Shown one piece after another: positions 51,686-61,257 of a stretch of DNA of 64,000 nucleotides. The position numbers and the translations under genes are program-made. Within the stretch, counting starts at the first letter, position 1. Each line of letters starts with the position of its first letter. The notes under the pieces were generated by a model. That model worked only from the letters and a program-made list of their open reading frames with translations, was not told the DNA's origin and did not search any database. The DNA lies in NCBI RefSeq assembly GCF_033722695.1, contig NZ_JAWVYM010000006.1:58299-122298 (forward strand), in the 5' to 3' direction. This DNA comes from Pseudidiomarina sp. (GTDB lineage: Bacteria; Pseudomonadota; Gammaproteobacteria; Enterobacterales; Alteromonadaceae).

Positions 51686-54571
51686 ATGACGACCACAACA
51701 CTTAAGCAGTTAGAAAATCACGGAGAATTCATCGCCCGCCACATTGGCCCAAGCGCCGATGAGCAGGCCGCTATGCTCGAAGAGCTTGGCGTCGGGTCGC
51801 TGGAAGAGCTGACCCACGATACGGTGCCGGGCGCGATTCGTCGCGAGCCTTTTTTGCAGGTCGGTGAGCCTTTAAACGAGCGTGAAGCCCTGGCCAGGTT
51901 GCGGACCATCGCGAAGAAAAACCAGGTGCTGACTTCTTATATCGGTATGGGTTATTACGACACCCTGGTGCCGAACGTGATTCTGCGTAATGTGTTGGAA
52001 AATCCGGGTTGGTACACGGCTTACACGCCTTATCAGCCGGAAATTGCTCAGGGTCGTTTAGAAGCAATTCTGAACTTCCAGCAAATGACCATGGACCTCA
52101 CCGGTCTGGATCTGGCCAGTGCGTCGTTGCTGGACGAAGCAACTGCCGCAGCTGAAGCCATGGCGATGGCCAAGCGTGTCAGTAAGAGCAAGTCGAATGT
52201 ATTTTTTGTCGCTGATAACGTATTTCCACAAACCATAGATGTAGTAAAAACCCGCGCTGAAATGTTCGGCTTTGAAGTGGTGGTCGCGCCGGCCCGTCAG
52301 GTTGTTGATCACGACGTGTTCGGCACGTTATTGCAGTATCCGGACCGTCAGGGCGAGATACATAATATCGAACAACTGATTGCTGCGGTGCAGCAGCAGA
52401 ACGGCGTGGTTGCTGTGGCTGCCGATATCATGAGCCTGGTATTGCTGAAAGCGCCGGGCGAAATGGGCGCAGATATCGTATTGGGTTCAGCTCAGCGCTT
52501 TGGCGTGCCAATGGGCTACGGTGGCCCCCATGCCGCCTTCTTTGCAACCCGCGACAAGTACAAGCGCTCATTGCCGGGCCGCATTATCGGTGTATCTAAA
52601 GATACCCGCGGTAACGTGGCGCTGCGGATGGCGATGCAGACCCGTGAGCAACATATCCGCCGCGAGAAAGCGAACTCGAACATCTGTACCGCCCAGGTAC
52701 TGCTGGCGAACATGGCTTCCTTCTACGCCGTCTACCATGGTCCGCAAGGGCTGCGTACCATTGCTTCGCGCATCCACCGCCTGACCGATATCGTGGCACT
52801 TGGTTTGCGTGATCAGGGCGTGCAGTTGATTAACAGCCACTGGTTCGACACCCTGACCTTTGCTTATGAAGGAAACGCTGACGATCTGCAGCGCCGAGCG
52901 GTCGACGCGGGTCTGAATCTGCGGGTTGATGGCAATGGCGTGTTTGGTGTGAGTTTAGATGAAGCCAAAACCCGTGCGGATATCGAAGTACTCTTTGAAG
53001 TTATTCTGGGTGCTGATCATGGCCTGGATATCGAAACCCTTGACAGCCGAATAGCAGCCGGCGAAGTCGAATCGATTCCCGCCGACCTGGTTCGCCAGAG
53101 CGACATCCTGACCCATCCGGTATTTAACAGCTATCACTCAGAAACTGAGATGCTGCGTTATATCAAGCAGTTGGAAAATAAAGATCTGTCGCTGAACCAC
53201 AGCATGATCTCGTTAGGCTCATGTACCATGAAGCTCAACGCTACAGCCGAAATGATCCCGGTCACCTGGCCTGAATTCGGTCAGCTGCACCCATTCTGTC
53301 CGGCCGATCAGGCAGCCGGCTACGGTGAACTGCTGACCACCCTGTCTGAATGGCTGATTGACATCACCGGCTATGACAATATGTCGTTGCAGCCGAACTC
53401 GGGTGCCCAGGGCGAGTACGCTGGCCTTCTGGCCATTCAGAAGTATCATGCCAGCCGCGGCGAAGCCCATCGTAACATCTGCTTAATTCCAAGTTCAGCT
53501 CATGGCACTAACCCGGCCACAGCGCAGATGATGGGCATGAACGTGGTGGTGGTTGATTGTGATAAGAACGGTAACGTTGATCTGAATGATCTGAAAGCCA
53601 AAGCGACCGAAGCCGGTGATAACTTATCCTGTATCATGGTCACCTACCCGTCAACGCATGGTGTGTACGAAGAAGGCATCCGTACTATTTGTGACACCAT
53701 TCACGAGTTTGGCGGTCAGGTTTACCTGGATGGCGCCAATATGAACGCTCAGGTTGGCGTGACCTCGCCAGGCTACGTAGGCGCTGATGTATCGCACCTG
53801 AACCTGCACAAAACCTTCTGCATTCCGCATGGCGGCGGCGGTCCGGGCATGGGTCCAATCGGTGTGAAAAAGCACCTGGCGCCGTTCCTGCCAAACCACA
53901 CCGTGGTGCCGATTCATGGTACGGGCCTGGATAATGGCGCGGTGGCGGCGGCTCCTTTCGGTAGCGCCAGCATTCTGCCGATCTCCTGGATGTATATCGC
54001 CATGATGGGTAGCCCGGGACTGCGTGAAGCAACCGAAGTTGCGATTATGAACGCGAACTACATCGCCAAAAAGCTGAGCGATCACTATCCAATCCTCTAT
54101 AAAGGCCGTAACGCCCGCGTAGCTCACGAATGTATCGTTGATCTGCGGCCACTGAAAGACGCCGCCGGCGTGACTGAAGTGGACGTGGCCAAACGCCTGC
54201 AGGATTATGGTTTCCACTCGCCGACCATGAGTTTCCCGGTGGCTGGCACCCTGATGGTGGAGCCGACTGAATCAGAGTCCAAAGCCGAACTGGACCGGTT
54301 CATCGAGGCGATGATTGCAATCCGTGAAGAAGCCCGCAAAGTCGAAAACGGTGAATGGCCGCAGGATAACAACCCGCTGCACCACGCTCCGCATACGCTG
54401 GCTGACTTAGTTGACAGTAACTGGGACCGCCCTTACAACCGCGAAACCGGCGCCTATCCGGTAGCTGCGGTGAAGGTGAATAAGTTCTGGCCGAGCGTGA
54501 ACCGTATCGACGACGTCTACGGCGACCGTAACCTGATGTGTAGCTGCCCGGCGACAGACCTTTACCGGTAA
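51686..54571 (+). CDS. gcvP: Glycine dehydrogenase (decarboxylating), P protein
   Basis: 961 aa. The PLP-lysine region is [19 protein letters not shown] at 51686 ([11 protein letters not shown]) is the start; the track's start at 51638 lies just 3' of the preceding hairpin stem (51611-51635), within its T-rich tail. Confidence 0.97.
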   Translation: MTTTTLKQLENHGEFIARHIGPSADEQAAMLEELGVGSLEELTHDTVPGAIRREPFLQVGEPLNEREALARLRTIAKKNQVLTSYIGMGYYDTLVPNVILRNVLENPGWYTAYTPYQPEIAQGRLEAILNFQQMTMDLTGLDLASASLLDEATAAAEAMAMAKRVSKSKSNVFFVADNVFPQTIDVVKTRAEMFGFEVVVAPARQVVDHDVFGTLLQYPDRQGEIHNIEQLIAAVQQQNGVVAVAADIMSLVLLKAPGEMGADIVLGSAQRFGVPMGYGGPHAAFFATRDKYKRSLPGRIIGVSKDTRGNVALRMAMQTREQHIRREKANSNICTAQVLLANMASFYAVYHGPQGLRTIASRIHRLTDIVALGLRDQGVQLINSHWFDTLTFAYEGNADDLQRRAVDAGLNLRVDGNGVFGVSLDEAKTRADIEVLFEVILGADHGLDIETLDSRIAAGEVESIPADLVRQSDILTHPVFNSYHSETEMLRYIKQLENKDLSLNHSMISLGSCTMKLNATAEMIPVTWPEFGQLHPFCPADQAAGYGELLTTLSEWLIDITGYDNMSLQPNSGAQGEYAGLLAIQKYHASRGEAHRNICLIPSSAHGTNPATAQMMGMNVVVVDCDKNGNVDLNDLKAKATEAGDNLSCIMVTYPSTHGVYEEGIRTICDTIHEFGGQVYLDGANMNAQVGVTSPGYVGADVSHLNLHKTFCIPHGGGGPGMGPIGVKKHLAPFLPNHTVVPIHGTGLDNGAVAAAPFGSASILPISWMYIAMMGSPGLREATEVAIMNANYIAKKLSDHYPILYKGRNARVAHECIVDLRPLKDAAGVTEVDVAKRLQDYGFHSPTMSFPVAGTLMVEPTESESKAELDRFIEAMIAIREEARKVENGEWPQDNNPLHHAPHTLADLVDSNWDRPYNRETGAYPVAAVKVNKFWPSVNRIDDVYGDRNLMCSCPATDLYR

Positions 54572-54596
54572 TGCTGGCACAGCTTAGTTATAAAAA

Positions 54597-54620
54597 AGCG
54601 GGCCCGGCCCGCTTTTTTTT
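54597..54620 (+). terminator. Rho-independent terminator after gcvP
   Basis: AGCGGGC-CCG-GCCCGCT hairpin followed by a T8 run. Confidence 0.8.
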
Positions 54621-54709
54621 GCGGCAAGAAAAAACTTGACCCTTTGCGCTTTAGGTATATGTTAAATGTTAAACGGATAAATAAACTAGTTTACAAGTTA
54701 GGGCGGATA

Positions 54710-56920
54710 ATGGCGTTGAATAGCAAAGGAGCAATACAAGTTGATGCGGAAGCCGCTTTTCATCGACTTGCCGGTAACCTCATCCACAGCGGCTCACCGC
54801 AATTCTTTGCCAAATTGGCCGAACTGCTGGCCCAGATACTGTCTGTAGATCACGTCCTTATTGCTGAAACTTGCCCAGACGACTCGGGCTATGCCCGCTC
54901 GCTGGCAAACTACTCGATGGGCAGGCATGTTGCGGATGTTCGTTATTTATTGCACGGGACCCCGTGCGAGATGGTCGTGCGCGGCGATTTTTGTAGCTAC
55001 CCTGAAGGTGTACGTAAGCGCTTTCCCGATGATCATCTGTTACAGGAAACCGCAGCGGAGAGCTACCTTGGCGTATCGCTGCGGGATCGCGATGGTAATC
55101 AACTGGGGTTGCTGGCGATAATGCATAATACCCCCAGCGATTTTTCTGCCACCGCCGCCGAGGTGGTGCGCATTGCCGCTGCCCAGGCTGCTGCCCATTT
55201 AGCCCAGGCGCATACCGAACAGAGTTTGCGGGAAAGCGAAAGGCGATTGTCGACGTTGATGAGCAATCTGCCGGGTGTCGCCTATCGGTGCAAGAACGAC
55301 GGGCGGTGGACCATGGAGTTTATGAGCTGCGGCGCTGAAAAGCTTACCGGCTACCGGGTTGAACAATTACTTAATAACAAGGATCGCTCCTACTTCGATA
55401 TTATTGTTCCGGAAGATAGGCAAGAACTGAGGCAACAGCTGGTCGACTCCCAGCGCAAAACGGGCGCGTTTGAAATCACTTATCGAATTGTGCACGCCAA
55501 CGGAGAACAGCGCTGGGTTTCGGAGCAAGGTCAAGTCATTAGCGGCGAAGAGAGCCAAAGCTCATACATTGAGGGCTTTATCGAAGACATCACCGAGCGC
55601 CATTTACAGCATGAGAAAATTAGTAAACTTGCGTACCAGGATACGGTCACCGATTTGCCTAACCGTTTTGCGTTTTTAGAAAAGCTCAATGAGTTCTATC
55701 ACGATGCAGCAGCCAATAATCAGCGGGTGGCATTGCTGGTCCTTGATTTGCAGCGCTTCAAAGAAATTAACGATCTGCAGGGCTTCCATATCGGCGACAT
55801 ACTACTTCGGAAAGTTGCCGAACGGTTGCAGGCGATAACCGGGCCTGATGAATATCTGGCCCGGTTTGCCGGTGATGAATTCGCACTGGTGGTAAGCGAT
55901 TACCAACCAGGCAAACAAGCTGCTATCGTAAAACGTCTGCGACAGGCACTGACACCGCCGTTCAGCATTAACGACAGTGAATTCAGACTGCGGGCAACTG
56001 TGGGCGTGGCTTGCTCAGACAATTCAAGTTCCGCCGAAAGTCTCTTGCAGGCGGCGAGTATAGCGATGCATCAGGCCAAGCTGATGAATTCGGATTTGTG
56101 CCTCTATGACGAGGCTTTAGCCAGCCAGTTAGTTAAGCGTCAGTACCAGACCGAGCGTTTTATAGAGGCAATTCACAACGATGGTCTGGCCATTTACTTT
56201 CAGCCTCAGATTGATTTGCATACGGGAGCTCTTGTCGGCGCTGAAGTACTGTGTCGCTGGCGCGATGATGAATTGGGTTCGGTGCCGCCGGATGTCTTTA
56301 TCGGTATTGCGCGGGAACAGGGACTACTGGAAAAACTCGGCGATATGGTGATGCAACTGAGCTGTCAGCAAATAAGAGACTGGCAACAGCAGTTCGGCGA
56401 CGTTGTCGGGATGTCGCTTAATCTGGCTGTGCAGCAGTTTAATAATCCCCAACTGGCTGAGAGGTTCGTCGAATTACGGGGGGATATCCCGTCTAATTTA
56501 CTGACCCTGGAAATCACCGAAAGCGATTTAATGGTGGACGCCGAGGAGGCCGCTCGTATTACTAAAGAGCTGGCGGATGAGGGCTTCCGGCTGGCGATAG
56601 ATGATTTCGGCACGGGCTATTCGTCGTTGGCGTATTTGCAGCGCTTCGCTATTGATTTTCTGAAAATCGATATGTCGTTTGTGCAGAACATGCATGAAGA
56701 TAAGAATAGTGAAGCGATTGTCTCCACCATTATTGCCATGGCGAAAAGTCTTGGTATGCGCACCATCGCTGAGGGTGTCGAGACGGCGGAGCAGGTACGC
56801 ATTTTGAAGGCGGCCGGCTGTGACTTTGCGCAGGGCTTTTATTTTGACCGGCCCATGACTGGTGAGCGGTTTGCCGAGAAATGGCTGAAGCCAGAGACGA
56901 AACACGTTGTTCAGGCATAA
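54710..56920 (+). CDS. GAF-PAS-GGDEF-EAL c-di-GMP signalling protein
   Basis: GGDEF domain with an AGDEF active-site variant (RFAGDEF). EAL domain motifs EVLCRW, EITES, DDFGTGYSSL, KIDMSF and EGVET are present. A TTGACC/TATGTT-type promoter at about 54634-54661 argues against the track's upstream start at 54644. Confidence 0.88.
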   Translation: MALNSKGAIQVDAEAAFHRLAGNLIHSGSPQFFAKLAELLAQILSVDHVLIAETCPDDSGYARSLANYSMGRHVADVRYLLHGTPCEMVVRGDFCSYPEGVRKRFPDDHLLQETAAESYLGVSLRDRDGNQLGLLAIMHNTPSDFSATAAEVVRIAAAQAAAHLAQAHTEQSLRESERRLSTLMSNLPGVAYRCKNDGRWTMEFMSCGAEKLTGYRVEQLLNNKDRSYFDIIVPEDRQELRQQLVDSQRKTGAFEITYRIVHANGEQRWVSEQGQVISGEESQSSYIEGFIEDITERHLQHEKISKLAYQDTVTDLPNRFAFLEKLNEFYHDAAANNQRVALLVLDLQRFKEINDLQGFHIGDILLRKVAERLQAITGPDEYLARFAGDEFALVVSDYQPGKQAAIVKRLRQALTPPFSINDSEFRLRATVGVACSDNSSSAESLLQAASIAMHQAKLMNSDLCLYDEALASQLVKRQYQTERFIEAIHNDGLAIYFQPQIDLHTGALVGAEVLCRWRDDELGSVPPDVFIGIAREQGLLEKLGDMVMQLSCQQIRDWQQQFGDVVGMSLNLAVQQFNNPQLAERFVELRGDIPSNLLTLEITESDLMVDAEEAARITKELADEGFRLAIDDFGTGYSSLAYLQRFAIDFLKIDMSFVQNMHEDKNSEAIVSTIIAMAKSLGMRTIAEGVETAEQVRILKAAGCDFAQGFYFDRPMTGERFAEKWLKPETKHVVQA

Positions 56921-58116
56921 TTGCCATCAGTCCCGCGCGGTAGCGCGAGCGCCAGTAGCGCAGCAATTAGTATAAATAGCGCCGATATAGCCAGACAGGC
57001 CGTCAGGCCATAGGCCTGGTAAACCCAGCCTGACAAGATAGTCCCCAGCAGACGGCCACCAGCATTGGCCATGTAATAAAAGCCGACATCAAGTGAAACT
57101 CCGTCGCCGCGCGCATAACTGACAATCAGATAACTGTGCAAGGCCGAGTTTATAGCAAACACAAAACCGAACACCAATAGCCCCACGACCAGCACCGTTG
57201 CTGATGGTAACTGCCAGTAAAGCCCGCTAATGATCAACAGCGGCGTTACTACCAGCGCCAGCCCCCACCCGAAAGCGTTGTGCGTGCGGGTGAACCGGGG
57301 CGCGACGCTTTGTACCGCACCGTAGCCGATAACCCATAGCGCCATAAAGCCGCCGATGCGCCAGTGATCCCAGTTGAGTTGGGTGCTCAGGTAAACCGGC
57401 AGCGCCACCACAAACCAGATATCGCGGGCGGCGAACAGGAACAGCCTGGCGGCAGACAGTACGTTGATGGCGAGGCTTTTGGACAGAATTTCGCGGAATC
57501 TGGGCTTAAATTTAGCTTTGCCCAGGTCGGCTGCCAGGCGCCAGAGACTGAACAACCATACCGCCAGCAGCGCCAATGCCATAAGCAGAATAGCGCCCTT
57601 GAAACCAATTAGCGAGAGCAACAAGGCACCGAGGAAAAAACCGATGCCTTTCAGGGCATTTTTAGAGCCGGTGAGAATAGCGACCCACCGGTAAAGCTGC
57701 CCCTGTGCGTCGGCAGGAATTAACGTTTTTATCGCGCTTTTCGCGCTCATTTTGTTCAGGTCTTTCGCGATACCCGATAGCGCTTGGGCGATCATTACCC
57801 AGATCACAGTCAGCAATTCAGCCGGTACCAGCAGCATACTCAGGGCAATAATCTGCAGGCCAAGACCCATATTCATGGTGCGGTTCAGGCCGATACGCGC
57901 GCCCAGCCAGCCACCAACCAGGTTCGTGACCACGCCAAAAACTTCGTAAAACAGAAACAGCATCGCAATACTGAGTGGGCTGTACCCCAGTTGATGGAAG
58001 TACAGCACCACCAGCATCCGCAGGGCGCCGTCGGTAAGGGTAAACGCCCAGTAGTTACCTGTAATGAGTAAATACTGGCGCACCGGTGCGCTCAGATTGC
58101 GAAGTGTCGCGAGCAT
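56911..58116 (-). CDS. arsJ: MFS transporter, ArsJ-type (1-arseno-3-phosphoglycerate efflux permease)
   Basis: 401 aa, about 12 TM segments. The N-terminal region YWAFTLTDGALRMLVVLYFHQLGYSP is typical of the ArsJ family. It lies 3 nt downstream of a GAPDH gene and below arsR. Confidence 0.75.
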   Translation of the reverse strand: MLATLRNLSAPVRQYLLITGNYWAFTLTDGALRMLVVLYFHQLGYSPLSIAMLFLFYEVFGVVTNLVGGWLGARIGLNRTMNMGLGLQIIALSMLLVPAELLTVIWVMIAQALSGIAKDLNKMSAKSAIKTLIPADAQGQLYRWVAILTGSKNALKGIGFFLGALLLSLIGFKGAILLMALALLAVWLFSLWRLAADLGKAKFKPRFREILSKSLAINVLSAARLFLFAARDIWFVVALPVYLSTQLNWDHWRIGGFMALWVIGYGAVQSVAPRFTRTHNAFGWGLALVVTPLLIISGLYWQLPSATVLVVGLLVFGFVFAINSALHSYLIVSYARGDGVSLDVGFYYMANAGGRLLGTILSGWVYQAYGLTACLAISALFILIAALLALALPRGTDGNYA

Positions 58117-58119
58117 TTA

Positions 58120-59130
58120 CTAATCTGCCTTGCCAACCAGCGCTGCCAGTTCCACGGTGCGGTTGGCGTAGCCCCACTCGTTATCGTACCAGGCGTAGAT
58201 TTTTACGTGGGTGTCGTTGACCACCATGGTTGACAGCGCATCAACGATGCTCGACCGGGGATCCGTTTTGTAATCAATGGACACCAGTGGCTGCTCTTCA
58301 TAGCCAAGGATACCTTTGAGTTCTCCCTCAGCGGCCGCTTTGAAAAAGCCATTCACTTCTTCTGCAGTGGTTGCGCGTTGGACCTCAAATACACAGTCGG
58401 TCAGTGACGCGTTTGCCAGCGGCACCCGCACCGCGTGCCCGTTCAGCTTGCCTTTAAGCTCGGGAAAAATTGTGGTGATTGCCGTTGCCGACCCGGTAGT
58501 AGTTGGGATCAGGCTCATACCGCAGGCCCGCGCCCGACGCAGATCCTTGTGGGCAGCATCGAGAATAGTCTGGGTATTGGTTAAATCATGAATAGTAGTC
58601 ATGGAGCCATGTTTGATACCCAGCTTCTCATTGATAACCTTAACCACCGGTGCCAGGCAGTTGGTGGTACAGGAGGCCGCGGTAACAATCCGGTGCTGCG
58701 TGGGATCAAAGTCGCTGTCGTTAACGCCCAGCACAATGTTAGGCACGCCTTCATCTTTTACGGGGGCTGACACCACCACGCGTTTGACGCCCTGATCCAG
58801 ATAGTCCTGCAGCAGCCCGGTGGTTTTAATTTTGCCGCTGGCTTCAATAATCAGGTCACAGTCGGACCAGTCGGTATCGTTGATCTCTTTATTCTGGCTG
58901 AACGCGAGTGAGCGTTTGCCAATGGCAATAAAGCGGCCCTCTTCACTGGCTGTGGCGTGATGATCCCAACGGCCATGGACCGAATCAAAATTCAGCAAAT
59001 GAGCAAAAGTAACGGCGTCGCCAGCCGGGTCGTTAACCCGCACAAACTCCAGTTCCGGATGGTTCCAGCCAGCGCGCAGGGCCAACCGGCCAATACGCCC
59101 TAAACCGTTAATTCCAACTTTAATCGTCAT
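58120..59130 (-). CDS. Glyceraldehyde-3-phosphate dehydrogenase (ars-associated paralog)
   Basis: [15 protein letters not shown] Rossmann N-terminus and catalytic SCTTNC. ATG at 59130 has an AGGAGA Shine-Dalgarno. The track's start at 59211 overlaps arsR. Confidence 0.93.
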   Translation of the reverse strand: MTIKVGINGLGRIGRLALRAGWNHPELEFVRVNDPAGDAVTFAHLLNFDSVHGRWDHHATASEEGRFIAIGKRSLAFSQNKEINDTDWSDCDLIIEASGKIKTTGLLQDYLDQGVKRVVVSAPVKDEGVPNIVLGVNDSDFDPTQHRIVTAASCTTNCLAPVVKVINEKLGIKHGSMTTIHDLTNTQTILDAAHKDLRRARACGMSLIPTTTGSATAITTIFPELKGKLNGHAVRVPLANASLTDCVFEVQRATTAEEVNGFFKAAAEGELKGILGYEEQPLVSIDYKTDPRSSIVDALSTMVVNDTHVKIYAWYDNEWGYANRTVELAALVGKAD

Positions 59131-59170
59131 CGCTTCTCTCCTGTGCAATTCTCGGTGCAATTCAAATCGT

Positions 59171-59521
59171 TTACGCCGGGCAACATGAGCTGCCGCGTTG
59201 CGGGCGTTCACCCATGCGCTGCAGGTTCATAAGGCACGGTTGCAGGTAGCTGTCATGTTCGCGGGATAACAGATCGAGCATTTCACTAACCCAGTGCGGC
59301 AAATCCGGATGTAGCTGATAGAAAACCCAGATCCCCTCGCGGCGGTCTTTCAGCAGACCGCAGGCGCGAAGTAGCGCCAGGTGACGGGATATTTTTGGCT
59401 GGCTTTCATCAAGCGCCGTAGTCAGTTCACATACACAAAGCTCGGTTTCGCGCTGTATCAGCAGCAAACAGCGCAGGCGCGTGTCGTCAGCCAGGCATTT
59501 AAAGAGTACGACAGGATCCAT
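59171..59521 (-). CDS. arsR: ArsR-family metalloregulatory repressor
   Basis: wHTH with the As(III)-binding ELCVCEL motif, and a further C-terminal Cys pair (SSCCPA). Confidence 0.88.
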   Translation of the reverse strand: MDPVVLFKCLADDTRLRCLLLIQRETELCVCELTTALDESQPKISRHLALLRACGLLKDRREGIWVFYQLHPDLPHWVSEMLDLLSREHDSYLQPCLMNLQRMGERPQRGSSCCPA

Positions 59522-59531
59522 GCTTTCAACC

Positions 59532-59565
59532 TATATGGAATTTCATATATATGCTAATCCATATG
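59532..59565. promoter_or_regulatory. Candidate ArsR operator (two adjacent ATATG/CATAT inverted repeats)
   Basis: TATATG-GAATTT-CATATA (59532-59549) and ATATG-CTAATC-CATAT (59549-59564), 11-44 bp upstream of the arsR start codon. Confidence 0.4.
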
Positions 59566-59719
59566 TATTGAAAGTCAATGTTGTTTTGCTTCTAATGCGG
59601 TTATGCTGGGTTCGGATAACGACATAGCCCGTTAATTGGTTAATTGATCTCAAGGGCTCTTGAGCTTTGCGGCTGAGTCCCTTTAAATGGTCTCATTGTA
59701 AAAACAGTAGGTGACTATA

Positions 59720-61243
59720 ATGATAAATACTATGCGTACTTGGATTCTTGCTGGTTTACTGGCGTCAGTCAGTGTTACCAGCGTCGCTCAGGATCTGCCT
59801 GAAGCCAAGATTAACCCCGATCAGGTGGTGGTAACCGAGCACCGTGCTGACATAAATGGTGAGCGCTTTAAATATACCGCCACTACCGGCACTCAGCCGG
59901 TATTTAACGAAGAAGGCGATGCTATCGCTGCCTTATACTTTACCTATTACCAGCGCCAGGACGTAAAAAATCCTGAGAATCGTCCGTTACTCATTTCTTT
60001 CAATGGCGGCCCGGGCTCAGCATCAGTCTGGATGCACATCGCCTATACCGGCCCAAAATCGCTGCGGGTTGATGACGAAGGCTTCCCGATCATGCCTTAC
60101 GGCGTGAAAGACAACCCTCACTCAGTGCTGGATGTAGCCGATATCGTATTTGTGAACCCAGTCAACACCGGCTATTCCCGCGTACTGCCATTTAAAGATG
60201 GCAAGCTGCCGTCACGCGAAGAGCAGCAGAAGTTATTCTTTGGCGTAAATGCTGACGTGAAATACCTGGCTGACTGGGTAAATACCTTTGTTACCCGCAA
60301 TAATCGCTGGCGCTCGCCGAAGTACCTGATTGGTGAAAGCTATGGCACTACCCGTGTATCGGGGCTGGCGCTGGAACTGCAGAACCGTCAGTGGATGTAC
60401 TTGAATGGCGTTATTCTGGTTTCCCCGACTGATATTGGCCTGGAACGTGAAGGCCCGGTAAAAGCCGCGAACCGCCTGCCATACTTTGCCGCTGCTGCCT
60501 GGTACCACAAAGCATTGCCGTCGGATCTGCAGGATAAAGATCTGCTGGACGTGTTAGAAGAAGTTGAAGCATACACCATGGACACCTATCTGCCGGCGCT
60601 GGCAAAAGGTGCGTTGCTGAACGGCGCTGAGCGCGAGCGTATTGCGGGCCAGGTGGCTTACTACTCAGGTCTGGATAAGACCACAGTCATGCGTTCCAAC
60701 CTGGAAATTGAAACCTCGTTCTTCTGGAAAGAGCTGCTGCGCGAGCGTGGCCACACCATCGGCCGCCTGGATTCCCGTTATCTGGGAATTGACGCCAAAG
60801 ACGTTGGCGCTCGTCCGGATTACAACGCTGAACTGACTTCGTGGTTACACTCATTCACGCCAGCGATTAACTACTATCTGCGTGAAGAACTGAACTACAA
60901 AACTGACCTGAAATACAACATGTTTGGTCCGGTACATCCGTGGGATCGCACTAACAATAATACCGGCCGCAACCTGCGTCAGGCGATGGCACAAAACCCC
61001 TACCTGCATGTGCTGATCCAGTCGGGTTACTTTGACGGCGCTACCAACTATTTCGATGGCAAATACAATATGTGGCACCTGGACCCAAGCGGAAAAATGA
61101 GTCACCGCATCGGTTTTAAAGGCTATCGCAGCGGCCACATGATGTATCTGCGCGCTGAAGATCTGAAGTTATCGAATCAGGATCTGCGTGAATTCATTCT
61201 GAAATCTCTCCCAGCCGAAGGCGAAGCGGCCAAATATAAATAA
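59720..61243 (+). CDS. Secreted serine carboxypeptidase-like peptidase (S10 family)
   Basis: Signal peptide ...SVTSVA|QD, the FNGGPGSAS oxyanion region, catalytic GESYGT and a C-terminal HMMY region. AGGTGA Shine-Dalgarno lies 5 nt before ATG at 59720. Confidence 0.8.
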   Translation: MINTMRTWILAGLLASVSVTSVAQDLPEAKINPDQVVVTEHRADINGERFKYTATTGTQPVFNEEGDAIAALYFTYYQRQDVKNPENRPLLISFNGGPGSASVWMHIAYTGPKSLRVDDEGFPIMPYGVKDNPHSVLDVADIVFVNPVNTGYSRVLPFKDGKLPSREEQQKLFFGVNADVKYLADWVNTFVTRNNRWRSPKYLIGESYGTTRVSGLALELQNRQWMYLNGVILVSPTDIGLEREGPVKAANRLPYFAAAAWYHKALPSDLQDKDLLDVLEEVEAYTMDTYLPALAKGALLNGAERERIAGQVAYYSGLDKTTVMRSNLEIETSFFWKELLRERGHTIGRLDSRYLGIDAKDVGARPDYNAELTSWLHSFTPAINYYLREELNYKTDLKYNMFGPVHPWDRTNNNTGRNLRQAMAQNPYLHVLIQSGYFDGATNYFDGKYNMWHLDPSGKMSHRIGFKGYRSGHMMYLRAEDLKLSNQDLREFILKSLPAEGEAAKYK

Positions 61244-61257
61244 ACAGGCGATATAAG

